Shown here: positions 7,869 to 17,727 of the stretch, one piece after another
Numbering within the stretch: position 1 is the stretch's first letter
Layout: each line of letters begins with the position of its first letter
IMG/VR virus record: IMGVR_UViG_3300049573_000247
Coordinates: 1 to 64,000 of that record
Reading direction: 5' to 3' (one strand)
Source: a virus
Lineage: Duplodnaviria; Caudoviricetes
DNA: 64,000 nucleotides
Position numbers and translations under genes: made by a program
The notes under the pieces: model-generated
The model's database searches: none
What the model was told of the DNA's origin: nothing
Seen by the model: only the letters and a program-made list of their open reading frames with translations

Positions 7869-7948
7869 TGGTGCGCCTGTGAAGAGACCGCTTCAATCCC
7901 GTGAACTGGCTTTCTTTGCACAACGGGGGTCGTGCGTGCGCCAGGCGC
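7869..7948 (-). ncRNA. 80-nt tRNA-like RNA with 7-bp acceptor stem and ACCA
   Basis: GCGCCTG...CAGGCGC-ACCA with stacked TGAAG/CTTCA arm and GCACGAC/GTTGTGC arm. Confidence 0.55.
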
Positions 7949-7960
7949 TGCGCAGCACCG

Positions 7961-7968
7961 ACTGTACC
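7961..7968 (-). promoter_or_regulatory. putative -10 element upstream of the structured-RNA array
   Basis: GG-TACAGT 12 nt upstream of the tRNA-like element. Confidence 0.4.
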
Positions 7969-8230
7969 CCATCCGCCGCAGGCCGAGCGAGGAACCTTCA
8001 CACGTCGTGTCCCCGGCGGCGCCGGGCCACATCGTCCAGGCGCGCAGCGATGCGCTCCCCGGGTGCGTGCGCGCCCTGATGGGCGTCCTGGCGCAGGCAT
8101 CCTTGGGGGTAGCGGCCCTGGAAGGCGCGGGCCGTGAGTGCGCCGCAGCGGCCCGGTGCGGCGACGGTGCTGCGTCCCCGGGGGACGGTCTCGGTGAACT
8201 CCTCGATGTCGATCCGCTCCAGCCACGGCA

Positions 8231-8716
8231 TCATGCCCGTGCCTCGCTTTCAGATAGGTCCGGTTCCCAGTCGATCGTGAGCGTGCGCGTCGGCCTGCGG
8301 TAGTGCAGGGGCGGTCCGGGGATGCCGATGAAGCCGAGGGTGGCGCCGGTGAGCTCGAAACCCACCGTGTACTCCTCGGCCGCGCCGATGCGCTCCATGT
8401 GGGGGTGCAGCATCGAGGCGTCCAGCTCGGCCATGACCGGGCCCATGATCTGGGCGGCGGTCGCGGGCAGGCGCGGGTGGTAGGGGGCGTCGAGGATCGC
8501 GCCGGTGGGCGGCCAGTACTGGCCGTGCCAGGTCGGACCGTATCCGGCGGTGAGCATCTCCGGGGGCATCTCCAGGGCCAGCGACAGGCGCAGCAGCAGC
8601 GGTTCGGTGCACCGGCGCATCAGCCGCGCGCAGCGCGCGGTGCCCCAGCGGCGGCACTCGGGCCCGAACTGCCTGCGGGCGGCACGCCGTTCGGCCTTGG
8701 TGGTGCGCTGGCCCAT
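8231..8716 (-). CDS. hypothetical protein
   Basis: Coupled ORF in the minus-strand gene run. Confidence 0.55.
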   Translation of the reverse strand: MGQRTTKAERRAARRQFGPECRRWGTARCARLMRRCTEPLLLRLSLALEMPPEMLTAGYGPTWHGQYWPPTGAILDAPYHPRLPATAAQIMGPVMAELDASMLHPHMERIGAAEEYTVGFELTGATLGFIGIPGPPLHYRRPTRTLTIDWEPDLSESEARA

Positions 8717-8948
8717 CACAGGCCCTCGTCGATCAGGAGCCGCTCGGTGGGTACGAAGAGGCCCGCGTCCCAGCGGGCGGCCACCCAATCGGGGGCCGTG
8801 CCGTCGGCGACAGCCTTCTTGATGGCGTCGTACAGCTGCGGCGGCACAATGGTGGGGGACGGCTGCAGGCTGTTCGCGTAGGCGGCGCGGCAGCCCCGGG
8901 CGTAGGCCGCGATGGCCTCGCGCATCTCATCCGCGCCGAAGGGCATGC

Positions 8949-9404
8949 TCATGGGCCGGTCACATCCTCGGTGATGAGCGTGACGTGCGATCCGATGGCC
9001 GGGTCCGAGATGCCGTACATGTCGCCGCCGTAGTAGCCGTTGGATGCGTTGCGGAAGGAGACGACGGCTGAGACGGGGCCGAAGGCGACGCTGGTGGTGG
9101 TGAGGCGGTACCCGTAGACCTGGACCTCGTCGTAGTCGACGGTGCCCACGCCCTGCTCCCACGTCTCAGGCCGGTAGCCCGGATCGCCGGGGGCGAGGTC
9201 GACGGCCTCGAAACCGGTGACCAGTTCACGGGCGAGCAGGTGCTTGACGCCGTAGAAGTCGTGGAAGTAGGAGCGGGAGCAGCAGTCGCCTTCGACGCAG
9301 TAGCCGACCAATCCCCGGTCGGTGTCGAAGATGAGCTGCTCCTCGCCCATGTAGATCGCCATGATCCGTGCGCCGATGAGCGCGTCGTAGTCGCGGGGAT
9401 ACAT
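8949..9404 (-). CDS. phage-type hypothetical protein (DCC motif)
   Basis: EGDCCSRSYF and RNASNGYYGG motifs. Confidence 0.7.
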   Translation of the reverse strand: MYPRDYDALIGARIMAIYMGEEQLIFDTDRGLVGYCVEGDCCSRSYFHDFYGVKHLLARELVTGFEAVDLAPGDPGYRPETWEQGVGTVDYDEVQVYGYRLTTTSVAFGPVSAVVSFRNASNGYYGGDMYGISDPAIGSHVTLITEDVTGP

Positions 9405-9496
9405 GCCCGGCCTCTCACTGGAAAGAAAATGCAAGACGCCGCGAAAGCGGCGATGCCTCTCATTATCGGATATTCCAGTTCGATTGGGGTGTTCCT

Positions 9497-11770
9497 TTAG
9501 CGGTGTGCCGCGACCCTTTCGGCCAGACCGGTGTACCGCTTCGCCGCGCTCACCGTTTTCACGGCCTTGGCGAGGGCCTTCGGGGAACCCACGAGCACCA
9601 CCCGCGACTGCGCCCGCGTGATGGCCGTGTAGATCAGGTTTCGCACCAGCATCTGGTACGACTGCATCGTCACAGGGATGACCACGCACGGGTACTGCGA
9701 CCCTTGCGATTTGTGGATGGTCACCGCGTACGCCAGCGCCAGCTCGCGGATCTCGCTGGCGGCGTAGGGGATCGTGTGGCCTTCATCGGTCTCGATGACG
9801 ACGGCCTCGTCGCCGCCTTGGGGGTTGACGCTCACCACCCGCGCCGGGGTGCCGTTGAAGACACCGGTGGGGGAGCCCCACTCGTCGGGGCCCTTCTCGT
9901 AGTTGTTCTTGACGACCATGACGCGGTCGCCAGGGCGGTAGCGGATCGCCTCCTCGCCGATGCTGGCGTCGTACTCGATGCCCTGGGAGGGGTTGAGTTC
10001 CTGCTGGAGGCGGGTGTTGAGCGCGACCACACCGCAGGAACCCTTGCGTTGGGGGGCCAGCACCTGGATGTCGGCGGCCGTGATGCCCTCTGGCCCGAAC
10101 TTCGCCGGGATGCGCTTGCAGACCATGTCCACGACGCCTTCGGCGGCGGCGTCGGCGTCGGTGACCGACCAGAAATGCAGGTCGGGCCAGCCTTTGAGCT
10201 GCGGGTAGGTTCCGGCGTTGACCTGGTGGGCGACCTGGACGATGCCCGAGGCCGCCTTCTGCCGGAAGATCTGCGTCAACGCGGTCGTGCGGGCGATACC
10301 GGAGGTGATGAGGTCGCGCAGCACACTGCCGGGGCCGACCGAGGGCAGCTGGTCGATGTCGCCGACCAGCAGCAGGCGCGCGCCGCGCTTGATCGCCCGG
10401 GTCAGGTACCGCGCCAGCGAGACGTCGAGCATCGACGATTCATCGCACACCACCAGGTCAGCGCTCAGCGGGTCCTCCGGGCCCACGCGGGCCGCGCCGT
10501 TCTCGCCGGTGCCCAGGCCGATCAGGCGGTGCACCGTCGCCGCCGGGGCGCCGTCGGCCAGTTCGGACATGCGCTTGGCGGCGCGCCCGGTGGGAGCGCA
10601 CAGCTCCACACGCCACCGGCAGATCGCGGCGGCCAGCGCCACCGTGGCCACGGTGTGGGATTTGCCCACGCCGGGGCCGCCGGTGAGAACTGTCAGCGGC
10701 TGCTCCAGGACCGCGCGCACGGCCTGCTCCTGCTCGGCCGTGAGGCCGCGTTCGGCCAGGAGCGCCTCGATCTGCGCCTGCTGCGTGGGCGATGGGGGGG
10801 CCACGGTCGCTTCGGCCAGGCGCCGCAGGTGCTGGGCCAGGTCGGATTCGAGGTAGTGCATGTGGCGGGTGTAGGCCCGCTCCTCCTCCACGACTACGCG
10901 CTCTTCGTCGACGGCCAAGGCCACGGCCTGCGCGCACTTGTCGGGGCGTACGCCCAGCAGCCGCACGGCCTGCTCGATGAGGACCGCGATCGGCAGGTAG
11001 CAGTGCCCGTCGGTCTGCGCGTTCTCCAGCGTGTACGCCAGGCCTGCGCTCACGCGCCGGGGGTCGCTGCGGTCCCAGCCCAGGGCCCCCATGGCGATCT
11101 TGTCGCACGTGGTGAACCCGATGCCTTTGGCTTTGGTGAGTGCGTACGGGTTGGTTCTGATCGTGGCGGCGCCGTCGGCGCCGAACGCCTCCCAGATCCC
11201 CGGCGCCAGCGACGTGGACGCGCCTACTTCCATCAACGCCAGCGCGATCGCGTGCTGCTTGGCCAAGCGCGTCCAGCCTTCGGCGATCACTTCCAGCTTC
11301 TTGGGGCTGATCCCCTTGATCTCGACCAGGCGCTCGATCTCCTCATCGAGGATGCGCAGCGTATCGTCGCCGAAGCGCTCCACGATCCGCCGGGCGATCG
11401 AGGGGCCGATGCCCTTGATACGGCCCTTGGCGAGGTACTCCTCAGCCTGGGCCGCGTCGGCGGGCGGCTGCGGGGCGTAGCTGGTGAACTTGAACTGGCG
11501 TCCCCAGTGCTTGTCGTTGACCCACTCGCCGTGGAGGGCGACCATGTCGCCCTCGTGCGGGTCCAGCATCGGCCCGACGGCCTTCTCGATCTGCCCGTCG
11601 GGGCAGCGGATGGACAGGACTGACCAGCCCGAGTCGGCCGAGGTGAACGTGACACGCTCGACCACGGCCCGCAGCGGCCCCTCGGTGTCCTCCTCGCCCG
11701 TCGAGGCCACGCGTCGATCGGCGGTGAACAGCGTGGGCTGGGACTCGACAGTGAACTCAAGGGCGGTCAT
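9497..11770 (-). CDS. recD2: RecD2/TraA-family SF1B helicase
   Basis: N-terminal OB fold (WGRQF), HhH GIKGIG, NPY, TGGPGVGKS, DESSM, VGDIDQLPSVGPG, TIHKSQGSQY, YTAITRA. Confidence 0.95.
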   Translation of the reverse strand: MTALEFTVESQPTLFTADRRVASTGEEDTEGPLRAVVERVTFTSADSGWSVLSIRCPDGQIEKAVGPMLDPHEGDMVALHGEWVNDKHWGRQFKFTSYAPQPPADAAQAEEYLAKGRIKGIGPSIARRIVERFGDDTLRILDEEIERLVEIKGISPKKLEVIAEGWTRLAKQHAIALALMEVGASTSLAPGIWEAFGADGAATIRTNPYALTKAKGIGFTTCDKIAMGALGWDRSDPRRVSAGLAYTLENAQTDGHCYLPIAVLIEQAVRLLGVRPDKCAQAVALAVDEERVVVEEERAYTRHMHYLESDLAQHLRRLAEATVAPPSPTQQAQIEALLAERGLTAEQEQAVRAVLEQPLTVLTGGPGVGKSHTVATVALAAAICRWRVELCAPTGRAAKRMSELADGAPAATVHRLIGLGTGENGAARVGPEDPLSADLVVCDESSMLDVSLARYLTRAIKRGARLLLVGDIDQLPSVGPGSVLRDLITSGIARTTALTQIFRQKAASGIVQVAHQVNAGTYPQLKGWPDLHFWSVTDADAAAEGVVDMVCKRIPAKFGPEGITAADIQVLAPQRKGSCGVVALNTRLQQELNPSQGIEYDASIGEEAIRYRPGDRVMVVKNNYEKGPDEWGSPTGVFNGTPARVVSVNPQGGDEAVVIETDEGHTIPYAASEIRELALAYAVTIHKSQGSQYPCVVIPVTMQSYQMLVRNLIYTAITRAQSRVVLVGSPKALAKAVKTVSAAKRYTGLAERVAAHR

Positions 11771-12308
11771 GGGCGGCCTCGGTTTCGAGCCACGGATGGG
11801 CGTCCTCGTCGCGCCACACCTCGATGAGCGGGTCCCCGAACGGCTGCCCGTTGTTGTAGACCGCGCCATCGGGCGTGGCCGGTTCGAGGTGCCAGACAGT
11901 CCAGTCCACCCCGTTCCCGAACGAGATCGTCGCGTCCTCGGGAGCGACCAGGATCTGGGTCACCGACGGTGCCCGACCGTCAGGGAACAGCCGCTGCTGC
12001 AGCTCGTCGAGGATGGGGTGCAGCTCGCGGCGCATCTGCGGCTTAGGCTCGTAGGGCTTGGGCTCGGGCCAGTACGTCTCGCCGCCGCCGCGCTGCATGG
12101 CCATGAGGTTCTGCATCCGCTCCCAGACGGCCGGGTCGGCCTCGAACAGGCGCTGGGCGTCGCGGAACAGGCTCAGGCGGCGCACCTCCTGCTCCTGGCC
12201 GTTCACGGCCGGGAAGCTGGCGTTCACCTGCGAGGCGTCCACGGTCATCGACTGCAGCGATTCGTCCCGCGTGCCGTCGTCCAGCAGCGGCACCAGTTCT
12301 ACCAGCAT
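11757..12308 (-). CDS. hypothetical protein
   Basis: 183-aa ORF, AAGGAG RBS. Confidence 0.65.
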   Translation of the reverse strand: MLVELVPLLDDGTRDESLQSMTVDASQVNASFPAVNGQEQEVRRLSLFRDAQRLFEADPAVWERMQNLMAMQRGGGETYWPEPKPYEPKPQMRRELHPILDELQQRLFPDGRAPSVTQILVAPEDATISFGNGVDWTVWHLEPATPDGAVYNNGQPFGDPLIEVWRDEDAHPWLETEAAHDRP

Positions 12309-12336
12309 GGGCTTCTCCTTGCGATCGGGCGTGCAT

Positions 12337-12531
12337 CTACGCCAGCGGTTCGGTGTCGTCGTTGTCGGTCTGCTCGATACTCCAGCCGCACCAGGCGCAC
12401 AGGCCCCGGTACACGCTGGTCGCCAGGTTCTCGCAGCCGCGCGAGGGTTCGCACGCGAAGCAGCGCACTAGGAAGAACCGGCCCTCGGCATTGCGGAAGT
12501 TGGGGCGCCGGTCGTTCACGTGTGCCTTCAT
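12337..12531 (-). CDS. small zinc-ribbon protein
   Basis: CFAC...CAWC. Confidence 0.6.
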   Translation of the reverse strand: MKAHVNDRRPNFRNAEGRFFLVRCFACEPSRGCENLATSVYRGLCAWCGWSIEQTDNDDTEPLA

Positions 12532-12731
12532 GCGATCACTGCGGCACGCTCGTTGGCGACCATGACCTGCTCGGCGATCAGTTCCAGGCGCACGAGGGAA
12601 TGGCCCCCGCGCGCCAGGACTTCAACGCTCTCCTGCAGGACGCTGCGCCCAATACCGGGCATCTCGACGCCGTCGATGAGCAACCGGAAGGTACGCCGGT
12701 CAGCGTTGATGATGGTGATCTCTTTGGCCAT
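12528..12731 (-). CDS. small hypothetical protein (probably leaderless)
   Basis: GG-TAAGTT 6 nt before ATG. Confidence 0.55.
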   Translation of the reverse strand: MAKEITIINADRRTFRLLIDGVEMPGIGRSVLQESVEVLARGGHSLVRLELIAEQVMVANERAAVIA

Positions 12732-12751
12732 TGCGCGAACTTACCGCACAT

Positions 12752-13147
12752 TTAGGCCCGTGCGTTACCATTGTGTGTTTCGTCGACGTGGCGTCCGTGG
12801 TCGTCTCCGCACTGGGCGCGATGCTCGAAACAGTACGTCGGCGACAACATCGCCGCATAGTCGTCCACTACCTGTTCAGCGACCAAGCTCGCCGTCGTGC
12901 CCGGCGGCAGGCTCGCCGCCAGCCGCCGCAATCGCGCCGCCGTCTCCGGTTCCACGATGACCGCCAACGGAACCGCCCCGTCGTAGTCGGGGATGCGGCT
13001 GATCGCCAGCTCGGCCGAGACGCCCAGCGCAGCCATCACGATCGCGATGTCTTCGGGCCCCAGCACCGCGACCCCGTCCCTGACGTGCAGTTCGATCTGG
13101 TTGTCAGCGAAGCGGTTGGTCAGATGCCAGGGGGGTTTACGATCCAT
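12752..13147 (-). CDS. hypothetical protein with possible ribbon-helix-helix domain
   Basis: LAVIVEPETAARLRRLAA...TTASLVAEQVVDDY. Confidence 0.5.
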   Translation of the reverse strand: MDRKPPWHLTNRFADNQIELHVRDGVAVLGPEDIAIVMAALGVSAELAISRIPDYDGAVPLAVIVEPETAARLRRLAASLPPGTTASLVAEQVVDDYAAMLSPTYCFEHRAQCGDDHGRHVDETHNGNARA

Positions 13148-13344
13148 GATCGTCCTCGTCGTTCTCGATGCTGACCTGGCCGTTGGTGATGGTCAAGTTA
13201 CCGTTGATGGTGTTGGCGGCGATGACCGTGCCTGGTCCGCTCGCGGTGATGACGACCGAGCCGTCGGCTGAGCGCCATTGCCGCCGCTGCTGCCGCCGTT
13301 CCCACTTCTGGGCCTTGCGCCGCAGATAACGCAACCGCAACCAG

Positions 13345-13674
13345 CTAAACATCGCGCTGCTCCCGCCGCGCTGCGGCTTCCGCTTCGGCCGCGAGCCGGG
13401 CTTCCTCGATCTTCCGTTCGCGCTCGGGACGCTCGCGCTCCTCGGCGCGCATCTCCTGGTGCATCTCCACCGCCTGGCTGATCGAGTGGATCAACAAGAA
13501 CCACCCAGCTGACCCCATCAGGTACGCAACGGCGCCCATGCGGATCTCCTCGGCCGAGTACGACACCGGGAACAGGATGCTCCACACCGCAAACGACGCG
13601 GTGAAACCAGCCATGCCGCCCATCGTCACGAGAAGCGAATCGAACCAGCGCCTGCGGTCGCTGCGCTCACGCAT
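13345..13674 (-). CDS. membrane protein
   Basis: Two TM helices then a charged coil. Confidence 0.6.
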   Translation of the reverse strand: MRERSDRRRWFDSLLVTMGGMAGFTASFAVWSILFPVSYSAEEIRMGAVAYLMGSAGWFLLIHSISQAVEMHQEMRAEERERPERERKIEEARLAAEAEAAARREQRDV

Positions 13675-14185
13675 CAGGTTCGTCCTCGCGCAGCTCCTCC
13701 AGCCGATGCCGCAACGTCTCCAGGTACCGCTCGCAGTCGGCCGCCTGATGCACCAGCAACATGTACTCGGTGGCGTGCTCCGGCGCGACCCCGGCCACAT
13801 CGAGCGGCCCCCCGGGCTTGAAAGCCTTCACGAAGCGCTCGTTGCCCTCGCCGTGACGCTGACGCAAATGCAGATAGCACGAGACCGCGCCGCTCACGTG
13901 TGAGCCGCCCAGCAGCCCGGGAATACCGATCACCAGATGGACGGCGAAGACCGCCACCATCAGAACCACCCACGCCAACAGCAACCCCATCCCAGTCTCG
14001 CCGAGGGCGAACTGCTTGACGGCGTTCAACGTTACGATGACCGCAAACGCGGCACCCCCCAGGACGTAGGCGCCAGTCCACCACCGCAGGACACCGTGGT
14101 GGTGCAGGCTCTGGCGGACCTCCTCGGAATTCGGCGCCTGCAGCAACAACGGCGTGTCGTCAAAGGCTGCCGCCGGTTCAGTCAC
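13667..14185 (-). CDS. membrane protein
   Basis: Two TM helices. Confidence 0.6.
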   Translation of the reverse strand: MTEPAAAFDDTPLLLQAPNSEEVRQSLHHHGVLRWWTGAYVLGGAAFAVIVTLNAVKQFALGETGMGLLLAWVVLMVAVFAVHLVIGIPGLLGGSHVSGAVSCYLHLRQRHGEGNERFVKAFKPGGPLDVAGVAPEHATEYMLLVHQAADCERYLETLRHRLEELREDEPDA

Positions 14186-14399
14186 TGACCCACTCCTCGA
14201 TGAGGTACCAGCCGACGAAGACGACCATGAAGCAGATGACGGCGCACAGCCACAGCGGCAGCACCGCCCCGAACACCGGCTCATCGATCCACCACAGGAC
14301 GAAGGTCAGCGCCGTGGCCACGGCGGCCTTGAGCACGAATTCCAACGCCTCCTCCCTGAGGAATTCGGCGACGGCGCGGCGTTTGCGGTAGTACCCCAT
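14178..14399 (-). CDS. small membrane protein
   Basis: Two hydrophobic helices; GGAGG RBS. Confidence 0.55.
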   Translation of the reverse strand: MGYYRKRRAVAEFLREEALEFVLKAAVATALTFVLWWIDEPVFGAVLPLWLCAVICFMVVFVGWYLIEEWVSD

Positions 14400-14824
14400 C
14401 AGAACCCCACCTCCCGTCGGGCCTGCTGCTCGGCGGCGAGACGGCGCCGCTGCGCCGCGTGCGTACGCTGGATGTCGCGCCGGGCCATCCACCAGTTCGC
14501 GGTGATCGCTCCGGCCCAGCACGCGGCGAACATGCTCAGGCGCACCGCGACCGCCAGCTGCAGCTCCTCAGCCGTGAAGTCCGCGTCGCTGGGAACTGGC
14601 CCCCCCAGCAGGAACAGGAGGTTGATCAGGTAGTACACCCCCAGGAACATGAGCGCTTGCCCGAACCCCCGGATGACGTGCAGGACCCACGCCCGTGGGC
14701 TCTGGCGGCGCTGTTCACGGAGCACCTCTTCGAGGGTGTTGCGTTCGATCTCGTCGAACTCGTCTTCGGTCTCTTCCATAGTCCGCTCAAAGATCCGGCC
14801 GTTGTCGTTGCTCTGGTCCATCAT
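14399..14824 (-). CDS. membrane protein
   Basis: Two TM helices. Confidence 0.6.
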   Translation of the reverse strand: MMDQSNDNGRIFERTMEETEDEFDEIERNTLEEVLREQRRQSPRAWVLHVIRGFGQALMFLGVYYLINLLFLLGGPVPSDADFTAEELQLAVAVRLSMFAACWAGAITANWWMARRDIQRTHAAQRRRLAAEQQARREVGF

Positions 14825-15225
14825 CGCCTTTCTTGGTCATCATCGCGTACCACCAGCATGTCGGCGAGCCCGACCAGATACGCCCCGGCGCACACGCGCG
14901 CGGGCGTCGGGTGCAGCACATCGACGACGAGGAGGTCCAACGCCCCCGGCGCGGCCATGGGCGTGTAGTTGAACGTCACCGTCCACCGCTCCTCCACAAT
15001 GGCTGCACTCGACGACCACAGCGGCCTGTCGTACGTCCGCGCACACACGACGCTGCCGAGGTAGGGCAGGTCTTTGACACCGCGTCGGACCAGGGAGTAG
15101 TACGTCGTTTCGGAGGCGATCCTGCTGTCGCAGTAATTGCGTTTGAGGATAACGCCCGCCCGCAGCGCTCGCTTTAGCAGCGCCCGCCACGAGTCCGGGA
15201 TGTCACTACTCGCTGAGGTGCTCAT
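14821..15225 (-). CDS. hypothetical protein
   Basis: Coupled ORF. Confidence 0.5.
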   Translation of the reverse strand: MSTSASSDIPDSWRALLKRALRAGVILKRNYCDSRIASETTYYSLVRRGVKDLPYLGSVVCARTYDRPLWSSSAAIVEERWTVTFNYTPMAAPGALDLLVVDVLHPTPARVCAGAYLVGLADMLVVRDDDQERR

Positions 15226-15583
15226 CCACGGCCTCCAGCAGGATCGTGAACTGCTCGCCCAGCGGCAACTCGATGTGCGCGAACCGTTCGGGAGTGTTCA
15301 CGCAGCACTGGTGCGCGAACAGTTCGGCGAGGAACGCATCGGTGCTCTGGCCAGGGCAGGCGTGGGAGAGGGCGAACATGTCCCACTGCATTCGCGCCAT
15401 CAGCGTCGCGGTGTAGGCCGCGAAATGCTGCAGGTCGTCTCTGCCGCAGTCGTCGACTTCACCGGGCAGGCAGTGGGCAACGGGGAGGCCGAGCGCTTCG
15501 ATCGCGGCGCGCTGGTTTTCGGCGGCCGTGCGCCAGCTGCGCGCCAACGGGTTGTCAGTCATGGAGGTCTCGCTTTCTGTCAT
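15206..15583 (-). CDS. hypothetical protein
   Basis: ORF with GC3-biased codons. Confidence 0.55.
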   Translation of the reverse strand: MTESETSMTDNPLARSWRTAAENQRAAIEALGLPVAHCLPGEVDDCGRDDLQHFAAYTATLMARMQWDMFALSHACPGQSTDAFLAELFAHQCCVNTPERFAHIELPLGEQFTILLEAVDEHLSE

Positions 15584-15859
15584 CGTGAATGGTCAGCGGT
15601 AGTCGGCTGCCAGGGCAGCCTCGGCGAGGCGCCGCAGACAGTGGATGCAGTCCACCGGGCGCTCGACCTCGTCGAAGTAGGTGTTGGTCTTGCGGACCTT
15701 CCCGCTGCGGCACAGCAGGAAGTGGGCGCGCAGCGGCCAGCCCTTCGCAGCGCCGTCAGGCCACTCGTCTACGAAACCCGCATGGATACGGGAGTCCTGG
15801 GAGCGCAGTGACGTGACGTTCTTCGTGCGGGTGGTGACGGGGTGGTTCACGCTTTCCTC

Positions 15860-16267
15860 TCATTCGGGGGCGTACGTGCGAGCGCAATCGTGGTTGCAGC
15901 ACCGGGCGGTCCTGGGGGCGGGCGGGGGCACGACTTCGGCTTCGTCCAGCTCCCGCCACTGGGGGGTGTCCATCAGGTAGACCACCTGGTCACCGCACGC
16001 TTGGCAACAGACGGCGTAGTGGGTGCGCACCGGATGGGCCGGGTAGTGGTGGGGAACGGACTTCAGCCGCTTGCCGTCGGCGATCCGCGAGGGGCTCACC
16101 ACCCGGCGTCCGGTCCGCGCCGGGGCGACGCTGGTCCCGAAGCACTGCAGGAGGGGCCCGGCGAAGCCACAGACGCTGCACGACAGGTCCAGGTGGGTGG
16201 CGCGGATCTGACGGCTCCAGGGGCCCCAGTCGGGGGATTGCCGCCAGGCCCCTTCGATAACGGTCAT
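15860..16267 (-). CDS. zinc-finger hypothetical protein
   Basis: CSVC...CQAC. Confidence 0.55.
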   Translation of the reverse strand: MTVIEGAWRQSPDWGPWSRQIRATHLDLSCSVCGFAGPLLQCFGTSVAPARTGRRVVSPSRIADGKRLKSVPHHYPAHPVRTHYAVCCQACGDQVVYLMDTPQWRELDEAEVVPPPAPRTARCCNHDCARTYAPE

Positions 16268-16269
16268 CC

Positions 16270-16647
16270 TCACATTGTCGCTGACGCCTCCGACATCGAG
16301 GGGCCCGCGCCGCCGTGGGTGCGGCGGTACAGCGGGACCTTGGCGCGCAGGTACTCGTGGTGGGCGTCGATGATCGACTTGGCCAGCGGTTCAGCCTCGG
16401 GGTTGAATTCCCAGATCATGATGTTCTTGCGGGTGGCGTCGTACCCGGTGTGAACGGCCAGATGGTGTCGCTCCAGGATCGCCATGCCGTACCGCACGCC
16501 GGACTCGCTGATGCCGTTCAGGTCGGCGGTGAGATCGCGGGCGCTGCGGAAGGGCGGACCGTCGTGCTCGCAGTCGTGGCGCAGCAGCCACAGCACGGCC
16601 ACGGCTGCACCGGTGACCTTGGGGTTTCTCGAATCGCGTGCACGCAT
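16270..16647 (-). CDS. winged-helix DNA-binding protein
   Basis: SARDLTADLNGISESGVRYGMAILERHHL; AAGGAG RBS. Confidence 0.6.
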   Translation of the reverse strand: MRARDSRNPKVTGAAVAVLWLLRHDCEHDGPPFRSARDLTADLNGISESGVRYGMAILERHHLAVHTGYDATRKNIMIWEFNPEAEPLAKSIIDAHHEYLRAKVPLYRRTHGGAGPSMSEASATM

Positions 16648-16676
16648 GGGCACTCCTTGTGGCTCGGTGATGGGCA

Positions 16677-16712
16677 ACGGCTCCGGACGCCTGCGTAGGC
16701 GTCCGGAGCCGT
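16677..16712 (-). terminator. perfect 16-bp inverted repeat after the GAF gene
   Basis: ACGGCTCCGGACGCCT-GCGT-AGGCGTCCGGAGCCGT. Confidence 0.6.
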
Positions 16713-16732
16713 GGTCGAATCGGTGGGATGTC

Positions 16733-17308
16733 TTAGCCGGTCAGGCCGCTGCGCTGGGCGACGCGGGCCTCGACCCTGCGTGCCCAGCCCTTGATCCATT
16801 CGAGGTGGGGCTGCTTCCACTCGTGCTCGACATCGGAGATGACCCAGACGGTCAACACGACGCGGCCGTCGGGGGCACACACCTCCTCGCCGAGGTAGGA
16901 GCGGACGCCGAACTCGACGGCGACGATGTTCGTGGAGAAACGGGCGTTGTCGTTCGTGTTGATCGCCAGCGGGCGGCGCCGCTCGGTCACCACGATGCCG
17001 CAGTAGCCCATCTCGCCGGTCATGGTCCGGTCGGACTCCACGACCGGACCGAGGTCGGCTCGCTTGGCCAGGCCGATGAAGTACTGCTCGCAGCCTTCCT
17101 GGACGAGGTTCACGCCGACCATCATGGCGTGCCCCTCACCCATCATCGCGTCGAACTCAGCGAGCATGGCCCGGGCGAACCGGTCGTACTCGCTGTCGGC
17201 TGCGGGCCGCAACCCGAGCTGGGCCTGCAGTGCGGCGCGTTCGGCGCCGTGCGGGTCCTGGGGGGCCATCAAACGGAAGTGGCCCTTGGATCGTTTCGGA
17301 TCGGTCAT
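16733..17308 (-). CDS. GAF-domain protein (conservon CvnF-like)
   Basis: LGL..YDRFA..MVGVN..QYFIGL..RTM..GYC..V..R..F..N..V..GVRSYLG. Confidence 0.8.
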   Translation of the reverse strand: MTDPKRSKGHFRLMAPQDPHGAERAALQAQLGLRPAADSEYDRFARAMLAEFDAMMGEGHAMMVGVNLVQEGCEQYFIGLAKRADLGPVVESDRTMTGEMGYCGIVVTERRRPLAINTNDNARFSTNIVAVEFGVRSYLGEEVCAPDGRVVLTVWVISDVEHEWKQPHLEWIKGWARRVEARVAQRSGLTG

Positions 17309-17345
17309 GATGCGCTCCTAAACAGGGTGGGTGGGGTGTGCGGGG

Positions 17346-17720
17346 TCAGAGGCGACGCTTGAGCCCTGCGAGCAGGGCCTCCAGCACCTCGATGTCGGCG
17401 GCATCGGTCAGCTGCGGCGAACGTGCTTGCACCGCACCGGTTTTGATCAGATCGGACACCAGTACTTTAACAACTGACCGGGGCAGGTGCAGGTGAGCGG
17501 ACACCTCCGCGACCGACATCGGCTTACTGCGGCACAGCAGCAGCACTTCGCTGTGCTCGCCGCCGAGCTCGCCGACGCCGTCGGTGAACCGCGCCCCCCG
17601 GACCGAGGTGACCATCGTGGCGATGTCCAGTTGCACGCTGGCCCTGGTGCGCCCTCCCGTAGCCGTGTAGGGGCGCACCAGGGAACTGTCACGGATCGGA
17701 CCGTCGTCGTCGGCGCTCAT
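17346..17720 (-). CDS. DUF742 protein (conservon CvnC-like)
   Basis: LVRPYTATGGRTR...SVAEVSAHLHLPRSVVKVLVSDL...LEALLAGLKR. Confidence 0.92.
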   Translation of the reverse strand: MSADDDGPIRDSSLVRPYTATGGRTRASVQLDIATMVTSVRGARFTDGVGELGGEHSEVLLLCRSKPMSVAEVSAHLHLPRSVVKVLVSDLIKTGAVQARSPQLTDAADIEVLEALLAGLKRRL

Positions 17721-17727
17721 GACGTCC

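Noticed and set aside
9503-11623. Long antisense ORFs (also 61-1035, 4973-6073, 39495-40649, 42329-43543)
   Set aside because: Shadow frames of real minus-strand genes, expected at high GC3.
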